Positions 49,230 through 58,791 of a DNA stretch of 64,000 bases are shown here, in pieces. The stretch covers positions 6,032 through 70,031 of the forward strand of contig SXOX01000143.1 of the NCBI GenBank assembly GCA_005776585.1, written 5' to 3'. Position 1 is the stretch's first letter, and every line of letters begins with the position of its first letter. The position numbers were made by a program, and so were the translations under genes. The notes beneath the pieces were generated by a model. That model made no database searches. It saw nothing but the letters and a program-made list of their open reading frames with translations, and had not been told where the DNA came from. Origin of the DNA: Pseudomonadota bacterium. Its GTDB lineage: Bacteria; Myxococcota_A; UBA9042; GCA-2863065.

Positions 49230-49916
49230 ATGCTTGCGCCGCGAATCGCCCCCAGCATCCTCTCAGCCAACTTCGCTCGCCTCGGCGACGACGTTCGGCG
49301 AGTCGAGGCCGGTGGCGCCGACGTCATCCATGTCGACGTGATGGACGGGCAGTTCGTGCCCAACCTCACCATTGGCCCACAAGTCGTCCGTGACCTCCGC
49401 CCGGTCACGAAGCTCGTGCTCGATTGTCACTTGATGATCGAGACCCCTGACGCTCTCGTCGGGGACTTCGTGAAGGCGGGGGCTGACATGATCTCCGTGC
49501 ACGCAGAAGCGTGCCGCCACCTTCACCGCACCGTGCACGTCATCAAGGCGCACGGGGTCAAGGCCGGCGTGGCCATCAACCCGGCCACTCCTGCCGAAGC
49601 GGTGCTACCGTTGCTCGAGGACCTCGACTTCGTCCTCGTCATGTCGGTCAACCCCGGTTTTGGAGGCCAGTCCTTCATCCCCGCGGTGTTGCACAAGGTG
49701 CGCCGGATTCGCGCCGAGGCCGACCAGCGCAACCCGAGCTTGTCCATCGAGATCGATGGTGGTATCAACGCCACCACCGCGACCGTGGCGCGGGAAGCGG
49801 GAGTCGACCTCTTCGTGGCCGGCTCGGCCGTCTTCGGCGACACGGACGTAGCGAACGCGATCCGTCGGCTCCAACGAGCCGTCGGCGCCACACCCGATCA
49901 CCTTGCCGGGGCGTAG
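49230..49916 (+). CDS. rpe: ribulose-phosphate 3-epimerase
   Basis: Start trimmed to ATG 49230 with GGGAG 9 nt upstream. [45 protein letters not shown] and [12 protein letters not shown] are classic Rpe motifs. 228 aa. Confidence 0.95.
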   Translation: MLAPRIAPSILSANFARLGDDVRRVEAGGADVIHVDVMDGQFVPNLTIGPQVVRDLRPVTKLVLDCHLMIETPDALVGDFVKAGADMISVHAEACRHLHRTVHVIKAHGVKAGVAINPATPAEAVLPLLEDLDFVLVMSVNPGFGGQSFIPAVLHKVRRIRAEADQRNPSLSIEIDGGINATTATVAREAGVDLFVAGSAVFGDTDVANAIRRLQRAVGATPDHLAGA

Positions 49917-49983
49917 CGCAGCCTGGTAGCGCGTTCGGTTCGGGACCGAAAGGTCGCTGGTTCGAATCCAGTCGCCCCGACCA
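49907..49983 (+). tRNA. tRNA-Pro (anticodon CGG)
   Basis: Hand-folded cloverleaf. Acceptor CGGGGCG/CGCCCCG, D-stem GCGC/GCGC, anticodon stem TTCGG/CCGAA with loop TTCGGGA. Variable loop AGGTC, T-arm GCTGG-TTCGAAT-CCAGT, discriminator A and encoded CCA. Confidence 0.9.
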
Positions 49984-50125
49984 GGTTGCTGGCAGCATCC
50001 CGAGCGGAGGTGGCCCTCAAAAGCCCCTCCGCACTGCCGGCAACACCCCTCTTCCACACCGTCGTCTCATTCCGCCCTCTCGGGCGGAGACAGGCGACGT
50101 TTGCCTGTGCTAGCATCGCGCGGCT

Positions 50126-50581
50126 ATGCGGAGAACGCTCCTACCATCGCTGTTTCTCCTCGCCGCGTGCGGCATCGGACCGGATGGCAACTCCGGCACC
50201 GACGGCAAACGCAGCGACGCCCAGGAGATCAAGCTCGACGAGTGGGCGACCGACGAGAACGGCATCGACTACGGGCACGGCGATCGCACCGACTGGAAGC
50301 GGTTCGTCGTCCCACGGAACGGCACGCTCTTCGTCGAGGTCGCCTTCGACAACGCCAACGTCAAGGCCGTCGTTGCGCTCTACGACCGCTACGGGCGCAA
50401 GCTCGGCGAGAAGGCCAAGGAGAAGGGAAAGGGCGAGCCGGTCAAGTTCGAGGGCGAGGTCGGCAAGGGCAAGTACTTCGTACAGGTCATGGCGCGCGAC
50501 TCGGAGGACAAGTCCATCTACTCCGTGCGCGTCTCGATGGAAGGTGGCTCGAACATCGGCGACATCCCGCCGCCGGAATGA
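50126..50581 (+). CDS. lipoprotein, function unknown (pre-peptidase-C-terminal-like beta domain impression)
   Basis: MRRTLLPSLFLLAAC is a lipobox. 151 aa. The stop lies 4 nt before the PP2C start. Confidence 0.7.
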   Translation: MRRTLLPSLFLLAACGIGPDGNSGTDGKRSDAQEIKLDEWATDENGIDYGHGDRTDWKRFVVPRNGTLFVEVAFDNANVKAVVALYDRYGRKLGEKAKEKGKGEPVKFEGEVGKGKYFVQVMARDSEDKSIYSVRVSMEGGSNIGDIPPPE

Positions 50582-50584
50582 CCC

Positions 50585-51913
50585 ATGGCGCTGCGCATCA
50601 CCCCCTACGCCCTGACCGACGTCGGTCGGCAACGCGACAACAACGAGGACGCCTTCGACGTCATGCCGGAGGAGGAGTTCTACGTCGTCGCCGACGGCAT
50701 GGGCGGCCACGCCTCGGGCCAGGTCGCCAGCCGCGTCGCCGTCGAGAGCATTCGCAAGTACATGGGGGACCTGCGCAAGCGGCCCGGTCACGAGCTGACC
50801 TACCCCACGCCGGAGACCTACGGTCCGCCGGAGAAGCTGCTGTCCAACGCGATCCAGTGGGCCAACGAGCGCGTGTTCATCGAGTCGATGAAGGACCGCA
50901 AGCTCGAGGGCATGGGCACAACCATTGTGTGCGTGCTCGGCTTCGACCGCTGGGTCGTGCTCGGGCACGTCGGCGATAGCCGGATCTATCGGTTTCGCGA
51001 CGGGCAGGTGAAGCAGGTCACGCGCGACCACTCGCTCTTCAACCACCTGATCGACCAGGGCAAGCTGCGCACCGACGCGGAGAAGAAGAGCTTCAAGGAC
51101 AAGAACATCATCCTCAAGGCGCTCGGGCTCAAGGACTACGTCGAGCCGGAGGTCAACGTCCTCGAGAAGCAGGCGGGCGACATCTACGTGCTGTGCTCCG
51201 ACGGCCTGTCCGATCAGGTCGATGACTGGATTTTGGCCAACGTGCTGGAGTCAGAGACCGAGGACCTCGATCGCGCCTGCCAGACGCTCGTGCGGCTCGC
51301 CAACGAGGCCGGTGGCAAGGACAACTGCACCGTCATGCTGCTGCATCTGGAGGAGGCCACGAGCCCCGCCTTGGCGATTCCGGCCGAGAAGCCCACCGTC
51401 TTGTTCGATGCGTCGACGCGGATTACCACGCATCCGGACTCGACCCGGCCCACAATGAAGGCAATGACTGACGCCGACTCGTTTTCCGAGACCGAGCCGA
51501 CGCTCGACCTCGTGGCCGAGACGCCACGGTCGCGACCTTACGAGCCGGAGCTTCCACCGACGGCCCCGCTGCTCAAGGCCAAGAAGATGCCCGACCTTCC
51601 GCCGACGGATCCGGTCGTGAAGACCGTGCGCGTCCCGGCCCCCGCCTTTGCGGGGACCTCTGGGACCGCGGTTGTCGGTGCCTCGACCGTCAAGCCCAAG
51701 GTCGAGGTGCCACCTGCAGCGCTGCCCTCGATCATCATCGCAGATGACCTCGAGCTCGAGCACGAGCGCACGATTCCGGAGATGCCGCGCTTCGTCGACC
51801 CCGACGAAGGCGACGAGGCGTTTGCCGAGACGCTCAAGCACCTCGTGCTGGCCGAGGACGGCAAAGGCGCGCCCGTGCCGCCTCCCAAGACCAAGGGTGG
51901 TGAGACCAAGTGA
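50585..51913 (+). CDS. PP2C-family Ser/Thr protein phosphatase with Pro-rich C-terminal extension
   Basis: ALTDVGRQRDNNEDAF, VVADGMGGHASGQVAS, GMGTTIV, LCSDGLS and GGKDNCTVML are PP2C motifs. A ~190 aa low-complexity tail follows. Confidence 0.92.
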   Translation: MALRITPYALTDVGRQRDNNEDAFDVMPEEEFYVVADGMGGHASGQVASRVAVESIRKYMGDLRKRPGHELTYPTPETYGPPEKLLSNAIQWANERVFIESMKDRKLEGMGTTIVCVLGFDRWVVLGHVGDSRIYRFRDGQVKQVTRDHSLFNHLIDQGKLRTDAEKKSFKDKNIILKALGLKDYVEPEVNVLEKQAGDIYVLCSDGLSDQVDDWILANVLESETEDLDRACQTLVRLANEAGGKDNCTVMLLHLEEATSPALAIPAEKPTVLFDASTRITTHPDSTRPTMKAMTDADSFSETEPTLDLVAETPRSRPYEPELPPTAPLLKAKKMPDLPPTDPVVKTVRVPAPAFAGTSGTAVVGASTVKPKVEVPPAALPSIIIADDLELEHERTIPEMPRFVDPDEGDEAFAETLKHLVLAEDGKGAPVPPPKTKGGETK

Positions 51914-53547
51914 GAGCGCTTGCGGTCGCTGCGAGCTGCGCCATGGTCGCGTCGTGTGCCAAGACCGAGGAGGTCGCCGCGACCGCCGCCGAGACGGTGA
52001 CGTCGGTGGACATCGCCCTGACCGAGACCATCTCCGACACGGGCCCCCCCGATGCCGTCAGCGCTTTGGACCCAGGCGTGGACACGGCACCCCTGCCTCC
52101 GCCGGTCTTCGGCCCGGAGGCTCGCGGGCTCGTGGTCGCGCGCGGCGCACTGCACGTCCACTCGGTCTTCTCCCACGACGCGTGCGATGGGCATGTCGAC
52201 GAGGTCAGCGTCGATGCCGCGTGTGAGGCCGAGTTCATCGCGCAGATTTGCACGTCGGGGCTCGACTTCATCTTCCTGACAGACCACCCGTCCAACATGA
52301 GCAAGCACCCGTTTCCGGCGCTGCTCCACCATGACGAGAAGCGCGGCGACACGCTCGTGAAGTCCGCTGCGGGCGATCCGTACGCCAACGTCGTGCACTG
52401 CAAGGACGGCGACGGCGGGCTAACGGCGCATGACGTCGTCATCACGGTCGGCTTCGAGGGCACACACACGATGCCCGTGCGGTTGGGCAAGCACCTCGAT
52501 CCGCCCGAGCTCGAGAAGTATGCCCTGACCGACGTCAACGACCTCGAGAAGCAGAAGTCCGTGGGCGCCGCGGTGCACGCGGTCGACGGCGTCTGGCTCA
52601 ATGCGCACTCCGAAGAGGACGAGATCTCGGCCGAGCGCCTGGCCGCACTGCCTCTCGATGGCATGGAGCTGTACAACACGCACGCCAACTTCAACGTGAT
52701 CCTCAAGGGCGGCAAGCTCGAGAAGCTGTTCGACCTCCAGGCGTTCCTCGACGGCGCGCCCGAGCCGCCCGCCGCCGATCTCGTGCTCTTGTCCATGCTC
52801 GACGTCTTCCCCGAGCCTGGGATTATCAAGTGGTACAAGGTCTCGGCCATGCGGCCGATTACGGCAGTCATCGGCGCCGACGTCCACCAGAACGTGAATC
52901 TTGACGGCTACTGCACGCCGGGCGGGCAGTACGAGGCGCTCTGTGACGCGCTCGCCGAGCAGTACCCCGCGCTCGTCGCGGCGCTCAAGAAGGGCGGGCC
53001 GCTCAAGCTCACCGATCAGAAGCGCATCGACTCCTATGAGCGGATCTTTCGCTGGTTTCACAATCGCGTCTACGTGACGGAGCGCTCGGCCAATGCGGTG
53101 GCCGACGGTATCCGCAAGGGTCGCGTTATGACGGTGTTCACCGTTTTCGGCGAGGTCGCCAATGTTGACGTGCACGCGACCGAGGCCGGGTCCATCGTGG
53201 AGATGGGCGGTCAGGTCAGCCTCGCCAAGTCGCCCAAGATCGTCGTGCGACCCCCGGATCCGCCCGTCGCGCGGCCATGGTCGCCATTTACGGCCGACGA
53301 GGCCAAGAGTGCTGTCGTCACGGCCAAGCTCATGCTGGTCGACAAGGACGGCAAGACCGAGGTCTCCGCCGAGTTCGAGGCCAAGCCCGACGCGCTGCTC
53401 ACGTTTGGACCAGACCGTCCGGGTCGCTATCACGTCGAGGTCATGATCACGCCCAAGCACCTGTCGCGGGCGCTCGCGGGCCGCAAGGACCTCGCGGAGA
53501 AGAGCTACCGCTGGCTCGTGACCAATCCGATCTACGTCGCCAAGTAG
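51910..53547 (+). CDS. lipoprotein with PHP-like metal-dependent phosphoesterase motifs
   Basis: GTG 51910 overlaps the PP2C stop (GTGA). Lipobox AMVASC. His-rich motifs: ALHVHSVFSHDA, FIFLTDHPS, GFEGTH and ELYNTHANF. The family assignment is tentative. Confidence 0.6.
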   Translation: MRALAVAASCAMVASCAKTEEVAATAAETVTSVDIALTETISDTGPPDAVSALDPGVDTAPLPPPVFGPEARGLVVARGALHVHSVFSHDACDGHVDEVSVDAACEAEFIAQICTSGLDFIFLTDHPSNMSKHPFPALLHHDEKRGDTLVKSAAGDPYANVVHCKDGDGGLTAHDVVITVGFEGTHTMPVRLGKHLDPPELEKYALTDVNDLEKQKSVGAAVHAVDGVWLNAHSEEDEISAERLAALPLDGMELYNTHANFNVILKGGKLEKLFDLQAFLDGAPEPPAADLVLLSMLDVFPEPGIIKWYKVSAMRPITAVIGADVHQNVNLDGYCTPGGQYEALCDALAEQYPALVAALKKGGPLKLTDQKRIDSYERIFRWFHNRVYVTERSANAVADGIRKGRVMTVFTVFGEVANVDVHATEAGSIVEMGGQVSLAKSPKIVVRPPDPPVARPWSPFTADEAKSAVVTAKLMLVDKDGKTEVSAEFEAKPDALLTFGPDRPGRYHVEVMITPKHLSRALAGRKDLAEKSYRWLVTNPIYVAK

Positions 53548-53550
53548 TCC

Positions 53551-54882
53551 CTAGTGCGCTGAGATGGTCGCCTCGGCGGGTTTGGGGGCAGCCGCCGCCA
53601 GGCAGGCATCCTCCAGCGGCTTGTAGGCCGACTTGGGCCACTTCGCCGTCGCCTGATTCAAGCGGTCGACGACCATCTCCGCGGTGATGACCTCCGGCAG
53701 CAGGTCGCGCGTGCCGTCCGGGTAGTAAATCACATACGCCGGTATCCCGCTGCGCCCGAGCTCCTCGAGCCACTTGCCGATGGTCTCGTCGTCGTTGGTC
53801 CAGTCTGCCTTCATCGGCAGGATGCCGGTCTCGACGAGCGTGCTACGGACGACCTCGGTCTCGAGGAAGACCTTCTCGTTCGTCTTGCAGTTGGCGCACC
53901 AGTCGGCCGTGTAGTCCATGAATACGGGGCGCTGGCGGCGCCGCTCGAGCTCTACGCGCGTGGGGCTGAAGCCCGCCCACTGGATGTGCCCGTCCTTGAC
54001 CACGGGCGCCTCGTGGCCGCCCGTCTCCGAGGCCCGCGCCGACTTGTCGAGGCTCAGCCAGCGGCCCCCGAGCAGCACGAGGCCGGCGATGACGGCGAGG
54101 CGTACGCCGAGACGCTGTCCAGCCGCATGATGAACGGCGGCAAAGCGACCCACCATCCACAGCCCCAAAGAGACGGCCAGGATGAACGCAAGCGTCCAAA
54201 GCGCGGCGTCAGGCGTCACCTGGTTGAGAAGCACTCCGTAGAGCCACACTGCCGCCGCCAAGAGCGAGAAACCCATGAGGTGCTTGAAGGTCTCCATCCA
54301 CGCGCCAGGCTTGGGGAGCCGGCGCCCGAGGCCGGGGACGAAGCTCACGAGCGTGAACGGCAAGGCGAGTCCCAGGCCAATGGTGGCAAACAGGGCGACC
54401 GTGACCGCCGGGGAGGTGTCCTTGGCGAGCGCGAAGCTGACGGCTGCGCCGAGGAAGGGCGCGGAGCAGGGCGTCGACATCACGGCAGCGACGACGCCGT
54501 TCATGAACGACGCACGCAGGCCCTGCGGACCGGCGTCGGCGGCGACGTTGACCGAGATCTCGAAGACGCCGAGCGCGTTGAGGCCGAAGGCGACCATCAG
54601 GATGACGAGCGCGGCCACGAAGGCGGGGTTCTGAAACTGCATCCCCCAGCCCACGGCCTGACCCGACGCACGGAGGGCGCTCACGATGGCGGCAAACACG
54701 ATGAACGAGAGGACGATGCCCGCCGTATACGCGACGCCGTGCTTGCGATGGGTGCTGGCGTCTGCGGCGCCGTGCTCGACCAGGTGATAGACCTTGAGCG
54801 TGAGCACCGGCAGCACGCAGGGCATGAGGTTCAGGATGACGCCGCCGAGGAAGGCCAGCGCGAGGTACGACAGAAGCTCCAT
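53551..54882 (-). CDS. dsbD: DsbD-like thiol:disulfide interchange protein (transmembrane core + C-terminal thioredoxin domain; no N-terminal DsbD-alpha domain)
   Basis: MELLSYLALAFLGGVILNLMPCVLPVLTLKV and STPCSAPFLGAA are the paired membrane Cys motifs. Thioredoxin CANC at 53887-53898 (DWCANCK). Confidence 0.88.
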   Translation of the reverse strand: MELLSYLALAFLGGVILNLMPCVLPVLTLKVYHLVEHGAADASTHRKHGVAYTAGIVLSFIVFAAIVSALRASGQAVGWGMQFQNPAFVAALVILMVAFGLNALGVFEISVNVAADAGPQGLRASFMNGVVAAVMSTPCSAPFLGAAVSFALAKDTSPAVTVALFATIGLGLALPFTLVSFVPGLGRRLPKPGAWMETFKHLMGFSLLAAAVWLYGVLLNQVTPDAALWTLAFILAVSLGLWMVGRFAAVHHAAGQRLGVRLAVIAGLVLLGGRWLSLDKSARASETGGHEAPVVKDGHIQWAGFSPTRVELERRRQRPVFMDYTADWCANCKTNEKVFLETEVVRSTLVETGILPMKADWTNDDETIGKWLEELGRSGIPAYVIYYPDGTRDLLPEVITAEMVVDRLNQATAKWPKSAYKPLEDACLAAAAPKPAEATISAH

Positions 54883-54993
54883 GCACGTCTCCAGGCCCAG
54901 CGGCTTTGCGAATCACCAACGAACCGTAACACGGGCCGGGCGGTTGTTCATTCCGCTCGTGCAGAAACGTACGGCTGCGCTCCAGTCTCGGTT

Positions 54994-55485
54994 TCAGCGA
55001 TAGGTCACGGTCAGCACGGTCAGTTGGCGCTCGCCCTTGGGCGTACCGACCCTTACAACGTCTCCTGCGCGCTTGCCCATGAGCGACTGGCCGACCGGCG
55101 AGCGCCACGAGATCCGGTCCATCTTGGGGTCGAACTCGTCCTCGCCAACGAGCTGCCAGACGTGCTCGTGCTCGTCGCCCGCGTCGTCTTCCTCGGTGAC
55201 GCTCACCGTCGCGCCGAATTGGATGACGTGGCCCGTGTTGGCGCGCGGATCGACGATGACCGCTGCGTCGAGCCGGCGACTCAGAAACTGAATGCGGCGG
55301 TCGATCTCTCGCAGGCGCTTCTTGCCGTAGATGTACTCGGCGTTCTCGCTCCGGTCGCCATGCGCGGCGGCCTCCTCGACCGCCTTGACCATCGTCGGAC
55401 GCTCGACAGTCCACAGGGTATCGAACTCGGCCTTCAAGCGGCGATGGCCGTCCGGTGTGAGGTAGTTCGGGCCTGCCTGTCCCAT
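54994..55485 (-). CDS. greB: transcription elongation factor GreB
   Basis: Start trimmed to ATG 55485 (TAATG overlap with the upstream stop). GDRSENAEYIYGKKRLREIDRRIQFL is GreB-type. 163 aa. Confidence 0.9.
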   Translation of the reverse strand: MGQAGPNYLTPDGHRRLKAEFDTLWTVERPTMVKAVEEAAAHGDRSENAEYIYGKKRLREIDRRIQFLSRRLDAAVIVDPRANTGHVIQFGATVSVTEEDDAGDEHEHVWQLVGEDEFDPKMDRISWRSPVGQSLMGKRAGDVVRVGTPKGERQLTVLTVTYR

Positions 55486-56096
55486 TACTGAAGGAACAGC
55501 GGTTGGGCCTTCTTGCAGGCCAGCTCGAGCGCCGGGAGGAGCTTGAGCGCGGACTCTTCGAGCGTGGCGCGGCAGTTGAAGTAGCGCTCGGCGCCGTCCT
55601 TCCACCGCGCGACGACGAGGTAGAGCCGCTTACCGCCGTCCGCGCTCGCGACGACGAGGCGGCCCTCGGGGTTGGTCAGCGGCTCGTCTTTGATGATCGA
55701 GAACGAACCGCTCTTGAACTGCGCGAACTCGACCTTGTCCGCCGTGGCCTTCCAGTCCTTGGGCTCGCACATGCCGTCGCAGTTTCCGCCGGCACCGAAC
55801 TGCGTCATGAAGCCGAGCTTGGCGTCGTCTGGGGGCTTGAAGCGACCGGGGATGACGCCCACGGTCCAGCCGGTCGGGACGGTGAGGGCGATGCGGTCGT
55901 CGTCCAGGAGCTTGGCCTCGAAGGTGACCTTGGGGCCGTCGGCCGGTACCGCGGCTTGCACGGGTGCGAGCACCTCCGCCGCGAAGGCCTTGAGCGCATC
56001 GGCAGGGTCCGGTGCCTTGGCGGCAGGCGACGTGGGTGCGTCCTTCTTGCAGCCCATGAGGGCCAGAGTCATCGCGAAGGTGGTGAGCCGAAGCAT
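55485..56096 (-). CDS. lipoprotein, function unknown
   Basis: Start trimmed to ATG 56096 with GGGAG 7 nt upstream. MLRLTTFAMTLALMGC is a lipobox. Confidence 0.7.
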   Translation of the reverse strand: MLRLTTFAMTLALMGCKKDAPTSPAAKAPDPADALKAFAAEVLAPVQAAVPADGPKVTFEAKLLDDDRIALTVPTGWTVGVIPGRFKPPDDAKLGFMTQFGAGGNCDGMCEPKDWKATADKVEFAQFKSGSFSIIKDEPLTNPEGRLVVASADGGKRLYLVVARWKDGAERYFNCRATLEESALKLLPALELACKKAQPLFLQ

Positions 56097-56393
56097 GGCC
56101 GACTCCCTAACCGACGGTGCGGTGCCGGTCAATGCGTGCGTTGGTGCCTCGGAGCGCTTGACGCTCCGGCCTCGACCGGACACCCTTCGTATGGTGACGA
56201 TACGTACCATCGCAATTTGTTCGGTTTGGAGTGGTGATGCCAATCGGCTTTCGCTCGTTGGCGGCCATATGGCGACGCTCGATCGTCAAACCGTGCAGCC
56301 AGAGCGGATCTACGTGTTCGACGGCGCCGATTCCCCTCCTCCGTGGCTTCGAGGTCGAATCGTATCCGTTTACGGGTATTTCCAGAGTGGCGG

Positions 56394-56927
56394 TCAGCCG
56401 GGCGCGGGGCTGACATGAGGCAAGAGAAGCGAAGGCGGTGGCTTGCCGCAGGAAGACTCGTGGATTGCGTCGATGAGCCAGGTGATGGCGTCGGTCGTGT
56501 GGAGCCGCAACGTGCCGAGCACGGAGAGGATGCGTTCTGCGAATCGCGCGCCGCGGTCGGACTTGCAGCCAGACGTGCGCTTGCGCCAGAGCACGGGGCC
56601 GCGCAGCGCGCGCTCGGCGAGGTTGTTGGTCGGGTCGACTCCGCCGATGCTGAGAAAGGTGAAGAGTGCCGGCTCCAAGGCGAGCAGGTTCTTGCACGTC
56701 CGCTGCGTTTTCGGATGGTCGCACGTCGCACCGCTGCGGAGGGCTTCAAGGATCTGGCGACGGGTCGGTTCGGCCAAGGTGTTGAGGCCGGCAATCGCCT
56801 CGAGCTGCAGCCCAGTTGTCTTCAAGGCCACCGGCAATGCGCCGACGGCGCACGGACCGGCCAGGATCGGCGCCGCCCCGACATCGAAACCGACGACGAC
56901 CATCAATTCCTCAAGGTTCACTGCCAT
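56394..56927 (-). pseudogene. C-terminal fragment (~177 aa) of an IS66-family transposase
   Basis: CKNLLALEPALFTFLSIGGVDPTNNLAERALRGPVLWRKRTSGCKSDRGARFAERILSVLGTLRLH carries the NNxAERxLR...RK...G motif block of the IS66 TnpC C-terminus. No DDE N-terminal part precedes it. Confidence 0.6.
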
Positions 56928-57311
56928 GAGCTCCCTTTCGGACCGCGGCGGCCCTGGCCCCACTGGCCCGCCGGCGGCGGTCCGCACGTCAGCCCGTCGG
57001 AAGAAGCCGTCCGGCGTTCTGGCTGTGGTGCCGCGCGCGGATTTGTGGACGAAGGTCGCACCACGTCGGCGTACGCCGACCAAGGCGTGTTCCCGAGGGG
57101 GGACAGCCCGCACGGGCGAACGTCCTGGCGGCAGTTCGTCGACGAGCCGTGTCGCCCGGGTCGTGGAGAGATTGAGTTCGCTCGGTTCGGCGGCATCGGC
57201 TCCAGCACCCTGGCATCGCGGCGATAGTGACTTCGCTGCCCTCCGACTACGGACGACCGGCCTGCCTTCCGGATTGTCCCCGCCGCTGCGGCGTCGGGCG
57301 TTCCACTGTTC

Positions 57312-58240
57312 ATGTTGATTGATGTGACCCTCCCGAGCGGAGCAGTCGTGCTCGCGGCGGTGCCCGACGTCGAGGCCGTGTCGAATGCGGTTGCGCGTGC
57401 CACGCAGCACTGACGCCGCCGTCGTCCGTGCGCATCCGGCCGCGTGTCGAGCGTGTCGACATCCGCAGCGGGATCGATGGCCTGGCAGTGCTCGTCACGT
57501 GCGCACTCGGGCGTGACGTTTTCTCGGGGCACGTCTTCGTGCTTGTGGGACGACGGGCGTGCCGGACACGGCACAGCCCGAGCCGTGGCGGCGAGACGCT
57601 AAAGCACGTGCTCGGCGCCACGAACCGGACGCTCGTCGTCGGCGGGAACACAGGCCGCGACGCCGCCTGCGTGCCCGGCTCGCGAGCGCAGCCTGGCTGC
57701 TGGAGCCAGGTACGACGGCGGTTCTGCGACGCCCAAACGACAGGTTCCGAGGCCGACCGGGTGCTCGATCATCTCGTCTACGCCCTTCCCGTCCATCGAG
57801 AGGCCGCCGACCGTCGGATCGTCGGCCCTGCCGACCACCTTCATCTGCACCGGTCGCACTCGGCAGCGGCCCTCGATGTGATCCCCGCCTGGCTCGACGC
57901 CGAGCGAGCCAAGCACCTGCCACGGAGCGCAACATGCAAGGCGCACCAGGTGCGCCCACTGAAACGCCGTCCTCTGAAAAAAGGTGACCCAGATCTGGAG
58001 CAACACCCAGGAGAACGCCCTGCAAACCGCCTACCTTGGCCCCGAGAATTTCGTGCTCGTCGGTCCCGACGACGCGAGTCGGACTCGCGCCGCACTCTGC
58101 TTCCTGTCGCGACCTGCGAGACGTGCAAAGTGAATCCTCTCGCGCATCTCGCCGGCATGCTGCCGCGGCCGCTGGATCGCACCGCCGAGGCCATCGACGA
58201 TCTGCTCCGGCATCGCTGGAAGCCACCGAATCACGCGCAT
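57312..58240 (+). mobile_element. internally deleted, decayed IS66-family element (tnpA' tail, tnpB' head, tnpC' tail)
   Basis: 57312-57413 gives MLIDVTLPSGAVVLAAVPDVEAVSNAVARATQH* (TnpA-like C-terminus). From 57428, DIRSGIDGLAVLVTCALGRDVFSGHVFVLVGRR resembles the TnpB/Orf2 motif DMRKGIDGLA...DPFSGHLFVF. From ~57700 a degraded TnpC C-terminus follows (GDPDLEQHPGERPANR in place of the NNxAER block, then TCKVNPLAHLAGML...IDDLLRHRWKPP). Confidence 0.55.
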
Positions 58241-58326
58241 GCCATCGACACACCAAGGGCGGCCCAGCGCAAGAAGCGTCGAGCGGGGCGACCCCGCGGA
58301 CGGCCACGCTCGGGCGGCTGCGCTCG

Positions 58327-58791
58327 TCAGCCGTCACAGGCTCTCTCACCCACCACCTCCAGCGTGCAGGGGCCGGCACAGCGGTCGAGCCAGACCGGAG
58401 GAAAACCCGCTGGGCAGTTCCCCTCCCCCCCAGTCGATAGCGTTTCTACAGATGTGTACCCTTCCCGCTCGACCCGGAGTCGCCATCCGGATGAGGCCAG
58501 CATCTCGTATGTAAGGCCGCCGTATTCGCACAATGTGATTTGGCCACTCGCGCGCAGAGCGATGCTCTTTCCCGAAGAGTCGAAAGCGGTAACGACTGCA
58601 TCGCAGATCCTCGTCTGACGGCACCGGTCCCACACTGCCACAGCGGGGCCGTAGTACGCGGAGACGATACAACTCACGTCACCCCCTTGGCAGCCGGCCG
58701 ACATCCACACGAGCCCGAGAACCGAGATCCCGGCCACGCCTGCCCGCCGGCGCACGCCGCGACGGTCGCAGCGCCGCTGACGGAGTGTCAT
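58327..58791 (-). CDS. Cys-containing lipoprotein, function unknown
   Basis: Start trimmed to ATG 58791 (ATGA overlap with the GT2 stop). GISVLGLVWMSAGC is a lipobox. Confidence 0.65.
   Translation of the reverse strand: MTLRQRRCDRRGVRRRAGVAGISVLGLVWMSAGCQGGDVSCIVSAYYGPAVAVWDRCRQTRICDAVVTAFDSSGKSIALRASGQITLCEYGGLTYEMLASSGWRLRVEREGYTSVETLSTGGEGNCPAGFPPVWLDRCAGPCTLEVVGERACDG

Noticed and set aside
56928-57311. ORFs between the two IS66 fragments (parts of 56443-57318 on the plus strand and 56918-57574 on the minus strand).
   Set aside because: I recognised no similarity to transposase or other families, and the translations are low complexity. Left unannotated.
49907-58240. A possible tRNA-Pro-anchored genomic island bounded by the IS66 remnants, with the VapBC pair as an addiction module.
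   Set aside because: The interval carries housekeeping-type genes (greB, a dsbD-like gene, a PP2C). It has no integrase, and I saw no repeat of the tRNA 3' end. The toxin-antitoxin pair lies on the other side of the tRNA.
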